This document shows, in pieces, positions 1 to 9,331 of a stretch of DNA of 64,000 nucleotides. A model generated the notes under the pieces. That model saw only the letters and a list, made by a program, of their open reading frames with translations, was not told the origin of the DNA and searched no databases. How positions within the stretch are numbered: position 1 is the first letter of the stretch; every line of letters starts with the position of its first letter. This stretch comes from a virus, in IMG/VR virus record IMGVR_UViG_3300033149_004116, positions 1 to 64,000 of that record; one strand, written 5' to 3'. Made by a program: the position numbers and the translations under genes.

Positions 1-108
1 CCCGCCGTGCAGAATCCGAGGAGGGTGATAGCCGACTAGGTAGGATTTTTCCTCGGTCACGCACGGTTTCGGGTGCCGTCATAAAACCCACTCCGCTTTT
101 TCTTTTTT
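1..108. ncRNA. Candidate structured RNA, truncated at the window edge
   Basis: GC-rich island. CCCG-CCGTGC pairs with GCACGG-ttt-CGGG, and CCGAGGA with TCCTCGG. A T-run follows on +. Confidence 0.35.
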
Positions 109-125
109 ACAATCGGAGCAAATCA

Positions 126-341
126 TCAATTTCGACTTCCGTAGGTAACTGCCAACTGCTTTAGTGAATCTATTTTGTAATAATTGATAGTTCCATGAAG
201 GGTGAATCGCTTACCGCATTTATCACAATGTGCAAAGACTACTACTTCATTCTCGCTATGTCCTTTCCATAGTGGGCGATCTAAATCATATTCATCGCTA
301 CCACAGTAGGGGCAGGTTATTTCTAATTCCGCGAATAGCAT
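126..341 (-). CDS. Small zinc-ribbon protein
   Basis: CPYCG...CDKCG motifs. Confidence 0.6.
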   Translation of the reverse strand: MLFAELEITCPYCGSDEYDLDRPLWKGHSENEVVVFAHCDKCGKRFTLHGTINYYKIDSLKQLAVTYGSRN

Positions 342-345
342 AACA

Positions 346-756
346 TCATCCCATAAAGCTTGTTGCTACTCTAACAAATCTGATACCATCCATCAAATAT
401 GTCCGTATAACAGGCTTCATTCCTGATGGCTGAATTACTACCGTAACATAAGCTCTCCGAGGAACCCTTCTCACTCCCACACAAGTTCTGAAGTGTTCAC
501 TTCCATCTACTCTGGTTCTATGATATGCCTTGAGTTGTCCATTAATATAGACTTTGATGAATACATAACGGAGACGCCTTGTATTAGAATCAATTTGCCC
601 ATCAACGAGAACATATAGCCTACGATTTTGTCGGAATAAATAGATGTGGAAATATACAAGTCTTCCACTAGAGAAGGCTATGGGCAAAAACGTTCCCAAC
701 AAGCACAGACTCAATAAAATTAGAGCTGATGTTTTCTTTATTTTTTGTGAAATCAT
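346..756 (-). CDS. Secreted or membrane-anchored beta-rich protein
   Basis: N-terminal basic then hydrophobic signal-like segment. GGAGG lies upstream of the ATG at 756. Confidence 0.5.
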   Translation of the reverse strand: MISQKIKKTSALILLSLCLLGTFLPIAFSSGRLVYFHIYLFRQNRRLYVLVDGQIDSNTRRLRYVFIKVYINGQLKAYHRTRVDGSEHFRTCVGVRRVPRRAYVTVVIQPSGMKPVIRTYLMDGIRFVRVATSFMG

Positions 757-774
757 CTTCCTTCCTCCATTAAA

Positions 775-855
775 CAAGTTCCCCCGTCATTTAGGTGGCA
801 CTTTCTGGGACACGTCTCAAAGTCAAATCCCCAAATCATACAGGTTTTCAACTCG
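775..855 (-). ncRNA. Candidate hairpin RNA or structured 5' leader
   Basis: TTTAAATA box at 876-883. Nested stems CGAGTT/AACTTG, CCTGT/ACGGG, ATTTGGG/CCTAAAT, ACTTT/AAAGT. Confidence 0.4.
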
Positions 856-915
856 TATTATCCTCCGCCCCCAAATATTTAAACTTATCGGTCATAAAAA
901 ACGATGACACTAAAG

Positions 916-1449
916 CTAAATCGAATTGAACCACTTGGTCCACTCCTCCTTTTTCCATTCAAGCCATGAATCTAAATGAGAAATGGTGGCTCTTTTCTCC
1001 CTCTCATAAACCCAAACTGGTTTTGCCTGTTCCACAATCCATAGCCAAAATCCGTTCCAGTCAAATTTTTTCTTCTCCCCCTCCTTATGCTCCCTCAGTT
1101 TATTAAAGGATTTTACCCAATCGTAATGAACTATTGTCTGGGGACGCTTGGATTCTACAATTGAATAGGCTCTATTTAATGAGATATTATGCTTTAAATG
1201 AAGATAGATTGCCGCGAGGAATGGTGAACGATCCATACCTCCAAGACAGTGAAGTAGAATTCTATTTTTAAGCGTAGCAGACACTATCAATTTTCCCGTC
1301 TCTCTTAAAATTCTCATTACGGCATCCCACGTTCCACGATAGAAGGGTCTAACATCAATTACCAAATTAATTTTCTCCTTCCTCAAGAGTTCGGCGTTTT
1401 TTGCATCTACAAGATTCCCAACAGCAACTCTCTCATCTATCCAGTTCAA
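916..1449 (-). CDS. Dual-specificity (Cys-based) protein phosphatase
   Basis: HCLGGMDRS matches the HCxxGxxRS motif. Confidence 0.85.
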   Translation of the reverse strand: MNWIDERVAVGNLVDAKNAELLRKEKINLVIDVRPFYRGTWDAVMRILRETGKLIVSATLKNRILLHCLGGMDRSPFLAAIYLHLKHNISLNRAYSIVESKRPQTIVHYDWVKSFNKLREHKEGEKKKFDWNGFWLWIVEQAKPVWVYEREKRATISHLDSWLEWKKEEWTKWFNSI

Positions 1450-1460
1450 AAAATCACATC

Positions 1461-2144
1461 CTATTTCTTTCTAATAAAAAGACACTCTGTATTTTTTACT
1501 ATTGATTTTTGATCTATCGTAGTAGTTTTCTTTGCCGACCATATCTTGACAAAATCGCGCGGGGCTGAATATTCTGAAATTAATACAGTATTATTTTCAC
1601 TCCAACTCCGCATTATATCCCAGAATTTTTTATGATCGAATGCTGGGAGATGAGAGTATCCCTCGACATTCTTATAGGGCGGATCACAATAAATTAACAT
1701 ATTCTGTGGAAACCAATTAGTATAATCCGTTTTAATAAATATTGCTCCTATAAGTTTTGATGCCTGTCTTAAAGCATTTCTATAAGCTTCATTAGAAAAA
1801 TCTCTTCCCTCCCCTCTAGCATATCCTCCCCATTTTTTGCCCCCATACGAGCAACCATAAGCTACAAATCCTCTCAGAGCTGGAGATACGTTCATCCCAT
1901 TTTTTATTTTATTATAAGTTTCTTCTGAAATATGACTTGGAGGTATCCAACCGTCCCGTAAACCGACCAAAAAAGATATTATGTCTTCATCCAAATCCGA
2001 TCCAATTCTAGGATTTCTCATATTTTCAAATACACTTCCTGCTCCTACAAATGGTTCAAGATATATTTGCTTTGGTTCTCTATACTGCTTTAAAATGTTT
2101 GAGATTCTTTTTCCAAATCTAACTTTTCCGCCCAGATATCTCAT
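1461..2144 (-). CDS. Dam-like (D12 class) DNA adenine methyltransferase
   Basis: YLGGK, EPFVGAGS and YCDPPY motifs. Confidence 0.9.
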   Translation of the reverse strand: MRYLGGKVRFGKRISNILKQYREPKQIYLEPFVGAGSVFENMRNPRIGSDLDEDIISFLVGLRDGWIPPSHISEETYNKIKNGMNVSPALRGFVAYGCSYGGKKWGGYARGEGRDFSNEAYRNALRQASKLIGAIFIKTDYTNWFPQNMLIYCDPPYKNVEGYSHLPAFDHKKFWDIMRSWSENNTVLISEYSAPRDFVKIWSAKKTTTIDQKSIVKNTECLFIRKK

Positions 2145-2748
2145 CTACAACCCCCCAGGAACATATATCACTATACGGACAAGCAACGTGATATTTACAC
2201 GGAACTTCAATTATATCCATTATAACATTACACCAAGGATATTTATCTTTTATTTCGTTCTCTCTAAATTTTTGCTTTATTATAACATCATATAAAACTA
2301 CAGAACCAGCACAAGCAACATTCAAACATCTGACTTCCCCTTGCATAGGCATCATAACTTTTCTAGTAATTTTTAAAATTTCCTTTGGAATGCCCGAATC
2401 TTCCGCTCCTAATATTATTAGAGGTTCTTTGCCCCATACAAAATTTTCCAATGATTCCGCATCATCATCCAATTCTACTGAGACCGCATTTTGTCCTTTA
2501 ATCATTTCCTTTAATTTTTCTATTGTTATAATTTTCAACTTTTGATAGGGTTCTTTTTCCAAATACATTTTCTTCTTGATATCCTTGGGAATGACATAAT
2601 CGTTATCAGGTATTATGAAAAATTTGTCAATTCCAAAGCCTTCAGCAGTTCTAAATAATGCCCAAATATTCCTCCAATATTTCACATTAACCATCGCTAC
2701 AGACGCCATTTTCTCACTTTCTATGTTTTTATTCAACATAATCATCAT
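2119..2748 (-). CDS. SpoU/TrmH-family RNA 2'-O-methyltransferase
   Basis: RNIWALFRTAEGFG, ILGAEDSGI and MPMQGEVRCLNVA SPOUT motifs. Confidence 0.85.
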   Translation of the reverse strand: MMIMLNKNIESEKMASVAMVNVKYWRNIWALFRTAEGFGIDKFFIIPDNDYVIPKDIKKKMYLEKEPYQKLKIITIEKLKEMIKGQNAVSVELDDDAESLENFVWGKEPLIILGAEDSGIPKEILKITRKVMMPMQGEVRCLNVACAGSVVLYDVIIKQKFRENEIKDKYPWCNVIMDIIEVPCKYHVACPYSDICSWGVVDEISGRKS

Positions 2749-3821
2749 AAATTGTTATTCTCCAATTTCGTCTTTCCACGTCAGGCGTGCCTTTATGGTC
2801 TTTCATTGCGTTTGGAATTGGGGCTTCTACGATAACACTACCTTCTCCTTTTTCGTCAATAAATGTTAATAATTCATCCAGACTTTCGATTTCTATTTCG
2901 TTCCGAGATCTCCAATTACTAGCGCGCCTTACATAAAACTTCATTTTATTCATTATCACCTCCTAATTTTTTATCCCTCAATCGGATAATATCGAACTTC
3001 AACCTCGTCTATTCTGACAAGTTGAAAGTTTGGATATTTTGGATACATTCTTTCCCTGACGATTCTTGCCATCGACCTCAATCCTCCAATTCCCCACATT
3101 TCAAATTCCAGTATTTTTCCAGAGTAGATATTTCTCATTTTAATGAGATATTTTTTGAACTCTATCCAACTACATCCAAAATCTGATGGATATTTTGATT
3201 CATACATATCATCACTCTTGTGATTAGATTATAACTTCTAACAAATCCTCCTCGGGCATTATTCCAATCAATTTGTCTCTTTCGTCCGATTTTGGAAGCA
3301 TTTTAACTTGAAGTAAAATTCTACACGATCTCCATCTTTTTCCTCTCACTTTTTTCATCAAAAGTTTAAAGTGTTCCCAAAACAAATCTTTGACATATTT
3401 TTCTGTATCCATACTAATTAAAGCCAATTTTGATAATTCTAATACAGTACCATACGACGATATTTCTTTCTCCAATTTTCTCTTCTCTATTCTCCTTTCC
3501 AGTCTCATCATCGTCGCCTCATCATCTCTTCAATCCAAAGAAGTCTCCTATCGAAATCTTGTAACATTTCAATAATAATTTTCATCTTCTCTTCTACATC
3601 CATCATCTATATAGCACAACTCCGTTATTTATTCCTCGATTTGAAGTATTTCCAAACCTCTTTGGCTGAATAATAAGGTTTATATGGTATCTTATAAATA
3701 TTTGGAAGAACAGGATGCCGAATTGAATTATTAGTTTTTCTATTTGTCAAAACAAAACTAACCGCTCGCATTTTGGGAAAATCTGGAGGAACTTTGCCCT
3801 CGTCTCCCTCTCTTCTCAAAT

Positions 3822-4265
3822 TTATTCGCCCATGCTTAATTTAGAAATCAATTTTTTACTTGTCAGAAGACTCCACGCTATTGATATCGTCATAGCTATT
3901 ATGAAGAATATCGTGTTATATTTCCAGAGCCAATCGTTCATATATGTCGTTCCCTCAACAAGTCCGTAGGCAAATTGAACCCATCCAAAGACTCTCCAAA
4001 TTATTCTATCCTCATCGTCTTCTTCAAAATACCAAAGAAAAAGACAAAGAAGGGCTGACAACAATCCTCCAGCATAAGCAACTATTATCATAGAAAAGTA
4101 AGGAACTGTTAAAGTTGGAACAGTATATAATGCCTCCCAGCTAGCCATAATATGTCCCTGTCCACCCAATAATATGAGTGTGAAAAGATGTGCAAATTCG
4201 TGAACACAACTGATCAAAATTAATTTCAAGAACAGACTTATTACAAAATCTCTATATTCTAACAT
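3822..4265 (-). CDS. Membrane zinc metalloprotease, M50-like
   Basis: HEFAH inside a hydrophobic segment, AYAGG motif, several TM segments. Confidence 0.6.
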   Translation of the reverse strand: MLEYRDFVISLFLKLILISCVHEFAHLFTLILLGGQGHIMASWEALYTVPTLTVPYFSMIIVAYAGGLLSALLCLFLWYFEEDDEDRIIWRVFGWVQFAYGLVEGTTYMNDWLWKYNTIFFIIAMTISIAWSLLTSKKLISKLSMGE

Positions 4266-4882
4266 TATTTCTCCTCCTCAACTTTAATACACATTTTTCA
4301 CAAACGGGCAAATAGTCGGGAACATATTTTCTAAATCCTCTAGTCAACAAATATTTTATATGTCTTCCGATCCACTCAAAATATGTCTCATTATTGTATT
4401 CTCTTATTGCATATTTTTGATTGTATATTTTACTTCCACAAAGAATACATCTCATTTAAGTTTCCTCTTTAATCTTCTATTTTAGAATCTTTAAATGAAC
4501 GAGATTGAGATTGAATCTTCTTGCCCAATATTGGATAACTTCTTTTAATTGATTTAATTCAATTTCTGTCGGTTCATATGTTAGTAACAACTCTAGTTCA
4601 TATTTTTTCATTTCTTTCTCACCTATATCTTTGGCTTCGAACAACCAAAAGACTTCCTAAGAATCTCAACCAAACTCATCAAAGTCTTAACAAGATGCTC
4701 TAAGTTCACTTTTTTACTGTCAACGATAATAAAAAATTCCCCCGAATCTGTTAATCTAGCTATTTCTAAGTTCTGTGCTGTTTCATTATCTCTCATGTAG
4801 AATACAACATCCATAGATGCTGGAGTTGCAGAAAAACACGTTTCATTTGCTTCAGTTTGTTTCTTTTCGACTCTTCGATCTT

Positions 4883-4987
4883 TCATTCTTCTTTCCACCT
4901 GTGTCCACATTCCAAACATATATAATAATTGTATTCTTCTCTGATTCTGTATCCCCCACAACTTGGGCATTTTATTAAAGTTTGCAT
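4883..4987 (-). CDS. 34-aa zinc-ribbon microprotein (not in the ORF track)
   Basis: Translates as MQTLIKCPSCGGYRIREEYNYYICLECGHRWKEE. Confidence 0.6.
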   Translation of the reverse strand: MQTLIKCPSCGGYRIREEYNYYICLECGHRWKEE

Positions 4988-4996
4988 TATTTCTTT

Positions 4997-5737
4997 CTAC
5001 CTCTTAATTTGAATTTGTATGTTACCAAGTTTTTCTAAACAATTAGAAACATAAAACATTTTTAAAGATTCTCTAATTAAATCTTCTTTACATTTTTCAC
5101 AGAGTGAGACACGATAAAAATTATACCATGTTACATCATATTTAGGTACTTTACATCTAATGCAGGTAAAATATTTAGTTAATAAATTTGAAATTTTATT
5201 TTTATTTTTCATAATCATTCGTAAAGCGTTTCTCAACAAATCTAAACTTTCATAGTTCTCTGAAAAATAAATTCCTGGCGGATACGTATTTGCTTCAAAA
5301 TTTTCATCTAGATTTAAGTCTTTTAAAACTTGCCACATAATTTTTGAATTTTCTGATGAGAGAGAAATAACATATTTGGAATTATATAAATAATGTAAAT
5401 GAATGCTCCATCTAATTCCTCCCCCCGAAGAGAATATTCTGCCTCGCCTCAAGTGTCCCAATTCTTCATATATCACTCTGTTAATTTCAAAATCTAAGCA
5501 CTGACCATTCATATATTTGAAACATTTTTCTTTTTTACAATCATTTCCATTAATGGGACATTTATTGGTAAAAGGATAGTATTTTATGGCAACTGTTGCA
5601 GATATATACTCCGAAGCGTTTGAATTTGATATAGTTAATGAACGAATATATTCCTCAAATTCTTGCATTTTAGTTCCCCTGTAAAGGTTCGTAATACGCT
5701 TTAAATCTTTATATTTTTTAATTTTTCTTGTTACCAT
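4997..5737 (-). CDS. Hypothetical protein with Cys clusters
   Basis: 246-aa ORF packed into the operon. Confidence 0.5.
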   Translation of the reverse strand: MVTRKIKKYKDLKRITNLYRGTKMQEFEEYIRSLTISNSNASEYISATVAIKYYPFTNKCPINGNDCKKEKCFKYMNGQCLDFEINRVIYEELGHLRRGRIFSSGGGIRWSIHLHYLYNSKYVISLSSENSKIMWQVLKDLNLDENFEANTYPPGIYFSENYESLDLLRNALRMIMKNKNKISNLLTKYFTCIRCKVPKYDVTWYNFYRVSLCEKCKEDLIRESLKMFYVSNCLEKLGNIQIQIKR

Positions 5738-6452
5738 TATTTCATTCTCCCGCCAAACTTAAATAGAAAATATAAACCGAAAAGATAAATCCTACACACA
5801 ATATACCTACAAAAAAATAAAGCAAAATAGCTCCTACCGCTAATAACCAGACATTTTGATTTATAGCTCCTTGAAGGAGGAGATCAATTATTTTCCAGAT
5901 TAAAAGTCCGCTTACTATCATACCTCCTGCTCCACCCAATATTGTAAATGTTCTAATAAACATATTTTTCCAATTCATCATAACTTCCTCCTCCTAGTTG
6001 GAGATATGGGGATAAAAACTATTGGAACCATTCTCCTTCCAACTTTACGGAGAGCGTTCGTCCACTTCCCCCTCCATCTCCCCTTTTTATCCAACACTTT
6101 TTCTAGCAATCTTCTCCTCTCCCATTGCATTCCATATCTCCAGAACGGGTCATTAACCCATTTATATTTTCTCATCCCGCCCCCATCTAAAACATTCTCT
6201 CGTAGTATATATAGATTTTGGTGTTATCATTTGTTGTTTCTAAACCTATAATTTTCATTTCATTTTGCCTCCTATATTTGAATTCTCTCCGCCTCAATTT
6301 TCAATTTTGGATCGTGCTTTGTCTTTATTTTTGGAGAGAAATAAATAATATCTAAAACGTCGTGTTTGATTGTCAATAAATCAGATATATGACTGTCTCT
6401 CGTAACAATTAATGAAGAAGACTTTAATTCCTCGACTCTGTTATTTATCTTT

Positions 6453-6827
6453 CTAACAATTTCCCATAGCAATTTTCTTTCCTCTTTCATTTCTCCCCAC
6501 TCTGTGATGGTCGAAAGTTGCTACATATTTTTCAGCTCTTTCCCTTCTAAGTTGATGGGCGATATCCCAAGCTTCTTGTGAAAAACGAACCTCATGTGTG
6601 TTTATTCCTGTGCCTCTTTTTATGCCCTTTTTTGTGTCTCCTCTTATTTCAGACCAACGCCGTCTAAAGAACACAATCAATCCGAGAGATTCAAGATGTT
6701 TGATGGCTTCAAAATCTTCTTTGTTCATACGAGCCGATTGAACTCTCCCTCGATGATCTACCAGACAAGTTTCCAAATAGAGGAGGAGAGATTTTTCAGT
6801 TTTTGTTAAATCTTCACATTTAATCAT
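6453..6827 (-). CDS. Hypothetical viral protein, possibly winged helix
   Basis: Operon packing; EKSLLLYLETCLVD...MNKED pattern. Confidence 0.45.
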   Translation of the reverse strand: MIKCEDLTKTEKSLLLYLETCLVDHRGRVQSARMNKEDFEAIKHLESLGLIVFFRRRWSEIRGDTKKGIKRGTGINTHEVRFSQEAWDIAHQLRRERAEKYVATFDHHRVGRNERGKKIAMGNC

Positions 6828-6829
6828 TA

Positions 6830-7693
6830 TTAACGCCCATTAAGTATCATCGGAGCCAACCAAAATTCCATCTGTATGTCTTCCCTCTCACCAATAATAT
6901 GAAGTGGCATATTTTCGCTATATTTAAATGTTAAAGTATCAAAATATTTCTTTGCTCTTTTAAGGAAGGAAAGAATGTACGATGGAGCATAACTGCTCAA
7001 TATTTTTGATTCTCTCTCGAAAATATCTGCCGATATAAGAGGATTATATTCAGTAGTATATCCCTCTAATGGTTCAAATATTTCTTCTATCTTAATTGGA
7101 TTCCAACTATCTCCCGTCTCCCAAGCAATTTTAACTCTGCTTTTTTCGCGGTGAGAATGTTCTGGAATATATTTTTCTACTATCATTTTTATATTATTCG
7201 TATCTTCATTTGCATATTTGAAAACTTTTAATATCGCCTCAGTAAGAATGTCAAATTTTGTAGTATAATTTAACTTGGGCGCGGGAATTTCTTGAGCGTC
7301 TGCGCGACGAGGTTCTAGTTTAAACCAAGAGGACAAACCTCTTTTACTTTTAAATATAATTTTTTCATCATCATCATAAGAAATTGATACTGGATATAAT
7401 AATGGCAATTTATAATGTGTATCAAATTCTTTAATGGTATATTCTCCATCAGGAATTAATTTAGAGTTTGGAAATGAAAAAGAGTATAAAGATACGTGAT
7501 CGGGGGTCATCCCCTCAATTTTAACTCGCTTTCCATGAATACATATTTTTATCATTTCATTATCGTTAAAATTTCCATATTTTGATTTAACAAATTCCCC
7601 CAAAACAGTAAAAGGTAGAATGTGAGTATTCCAATAGAATGGAATAAGAGGATTGTTTTTGTCTGAAGGTATTTTAACAATTGCTTCTGCCAT
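6830..7693 (-). CDS. pcna: PCNA-like sliding clamp (divergent)
   Basis: GMTPDHVSL resembles the PCNA aMDpsHVal motif. C-terminal SSYAPSYI...ENMPL...FWLAPMI matches the PCNA end. Confidence 0.75.
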   Translation of the reverse strand: MAEAIVKIPSDKNNPLIPFYWNTHILPFTVLGEFVKSKYGNFNDNEMIKICIHGKRVKIEGMTPDHVSLYSFSFPNSKLIPDGEYTIKEFDTHYKLPLLYPVSISYDDDEKIIFKSKRGLSSWFKLEPRRADAQEIPAPKLNYTTKFDILTEAILKVFKYANEDTNNIKMIVEKYIPEHSHREKSRVKIAWETGDSWNPIKIEEIFEPLEGYTTEYNPLISADIFERESKILSSYAPSYILSFLKRAKKYFDTLTFKYSENMPLHIIGEREDIQMEFWLAPMILNGR

Positions 7694-7863
7694 TTTCTCA
7701 TTCTCCTCGAATTATTATTTTAATATTTTCTGGTCTTCCTTCAAATTCATTTTTTGGAAGATATAAATTTAAAATCATACTTCCATCCTTCAATTGAAAT
7801 CGGAAGTAGTTTTTTGTTTCAGCATAAAGAGGAACTACAATTTCTTTTTCCGTTTCATTCATC

Positions 7864-8412
7864 TTATTTTTCCTCCCTTGCTTCCCAACAGTTATCCAAG
7901 TCTTGATTTGCACTCACACATCTATATCTTGGAGCGTCATACCATCTACAAGTTTTGCACGAATTTTCAATATGTTCGCTCCTCAACATCCTTTTTAGGA
8001 CTTTTATTTCTAGTGATGGTCTTCGTAGGAGATCAAAATAATCGTTTTCAAAAAGTTCAATATCTATTTCTCCATATATATATTTATGGACTTTTTCATC
8101 ATCTAATTGTGCTTGTTCGCCACGCGCTGTAATAGAAAAATCAAATGCTCTGCCAATTTTTGATAGCACGTTTATGTTATCATCTAAATCAACGTCCCGA
8201 ACGGTGAGTTTTCTTTTCGAGTAATATTCTTGCTTCCAATCTATTTTTGCATTATATCCAAATATGGAAGTAACCAATCGGCTCAAAAGCTCGACCTTCT
8301 CCGCATCGCCAAGTTCTTTTCGCTCCCGAAACATTTCAAGATTAGGTAGGAGAAGATTATATATAAAGATTTTGGTGTTATTGTTTTTTAAACAAAAAAC
8401 TTTGTCTGACAC
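7864..8412 (-). CDS. Hypothetical protein with C-terminal Cys cluster
   Basis: GAGG RBS; CKTC...C...C. Confidence 0.5.
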   Translation of the reverse strand: MSDKVFCLKNNNTKIFIYNLLLPNLEMFRERKELGDAEKVELLSRLVTSIFGYNAKIDWKQEYYSKRKLTVRDVDLDDNINVLSKIGRAFDFSITARGEQAQLDDEKVHKYIYGEIDIELFENDYFDLLRRPSLEIKVLKRMLRSEHIENSCKTCRWYDAPRYRCVSANQDLDNCWEAREEK

Positions 8413-8435
8413 AACCTCGTTCTTAATTGGGAATT

Positions 8436-8637
8436 AAAAGAAAATTTGTCAGGTCGGGGTTCCGAACCGTCATTCTTTCCATCTTATCTCTCTTATATTC
8501 TCACTTATTACGGTCGAATCTTGTCCCGCCAACGACCTACTCGTGAAGTCCCATGCTTCAACCAGCCTACCCCCGACACTTGTGCTGGTGCGGTTCTGCG
8601 TTTCCACCATATGCCCTCGGGGAATACGATGGAACAC
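8436..8637 (-). ncRNA. Candidate ~200-nt structured ncRNA (RNA-A)
   Basis: TTTAAATA at 8658-8665. 11-bp 5' stem, ACCAGC/GCTGGT, TGAAG/CTTCA, GGTCG/CGACC, and long-range GTCGGGG/CCCCGAC pairing. Ends in TTTTCTTTT. Confidence 0.55.
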
Positions 8638-8660
8638 ATAATTCTATTATATGCTTATAT

Positions 8661-8918
8661 TTAAATATTACGGTTTCTGGGCTTTTCCCGTTTTGGGGCG
8701 AAGTGCTTACAATATCTCCATACTTCGCCAATTCGACGCATTTTGTGTCCACGAATATCACCAGTATAGCCAGAGATGTCTTCGCCAGCTTTGTCAGAAA
8801 TACACCAACCGACTGACCGATTGTAAGTGAATGACAGGGAAAACATATATCTAGGACTTCTCGTCTTAACTCCAGCATCCAACCAGAATCTGCAATCTTT
8901 ACATCTGACTTTGGGCAT
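8661..8918 (-). CDS. Small Cys-containing protein between the two RNA candidates
   Basis: CKDCRFW...C...CKHF pattern, common in viral microproteins. Confidence 0.5.
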   Translation of the reverse strand: MPKVRCKDCRFWLDAGVKTRSPRYMFSLSFTYNRSVGWCISDKAGEDISGYTGDIRGHKMRRIGEVWRYCKHFAPKREKPRNRNI

Positions 8919-8940
8919 TACACATTACTCCATCTTTCAT

Positions 8941-9055
8941 AAAAAGGAGGCGGTAGCGAACCGCCCATATTAACTTGCGGGACAACCCGCATATTCACGA
9001 CCTCGCGACCTTGCAAATCCTTCCGAGGTTCTCCCCTTGGACTTGGAGAGACATC
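8941..9055 (-). ncRNA. Candidate ~115-nt four-hairpin ncRNA (RNA-B)
   Basis: CGAAACA-TTTAAATA promoter (TATA 9076-9083). Stems TCTCC/GGAGA, ACCTCG/CGAGGT, TGCGGG/CCCGCA, GGGCGGT/ACCGCCT, then TTTTT. Confidence 0.55.
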
Positions 9056-9331
9056 ATCAATTAATCGAAAGGAAATATTTAAATGTTTCGTTATTCATTT
9101 TCGTCCTCCCGTCCTCTGAAAGAGACGAAGTGTTTGGTTTTTATGTCAAGTTGACCGACTTCTTCCCAATCTTGAGAGGGAGGCAAATCGGCATCTATAC
9201 AAGCGAGATAGTATTGTTTCAGCGAAGCTCCCTTCTTTCCGATCGTTATGAGTATCTCGCTTGATTGAGTGATAGTCAGTCTTATCGGAATATCGAGGTT
9301 GTTTCTCGCCCTAACCCTGAAACTCACCTTG

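Noticed and set aside
8447-8580. TGTCGGG...GGTTCGGAACC...CCTGACA considered as an intron-containing tRNA or tmRNA.
   Set aside because: The T-stem, D-arm and anticodon arm cannot be formed.
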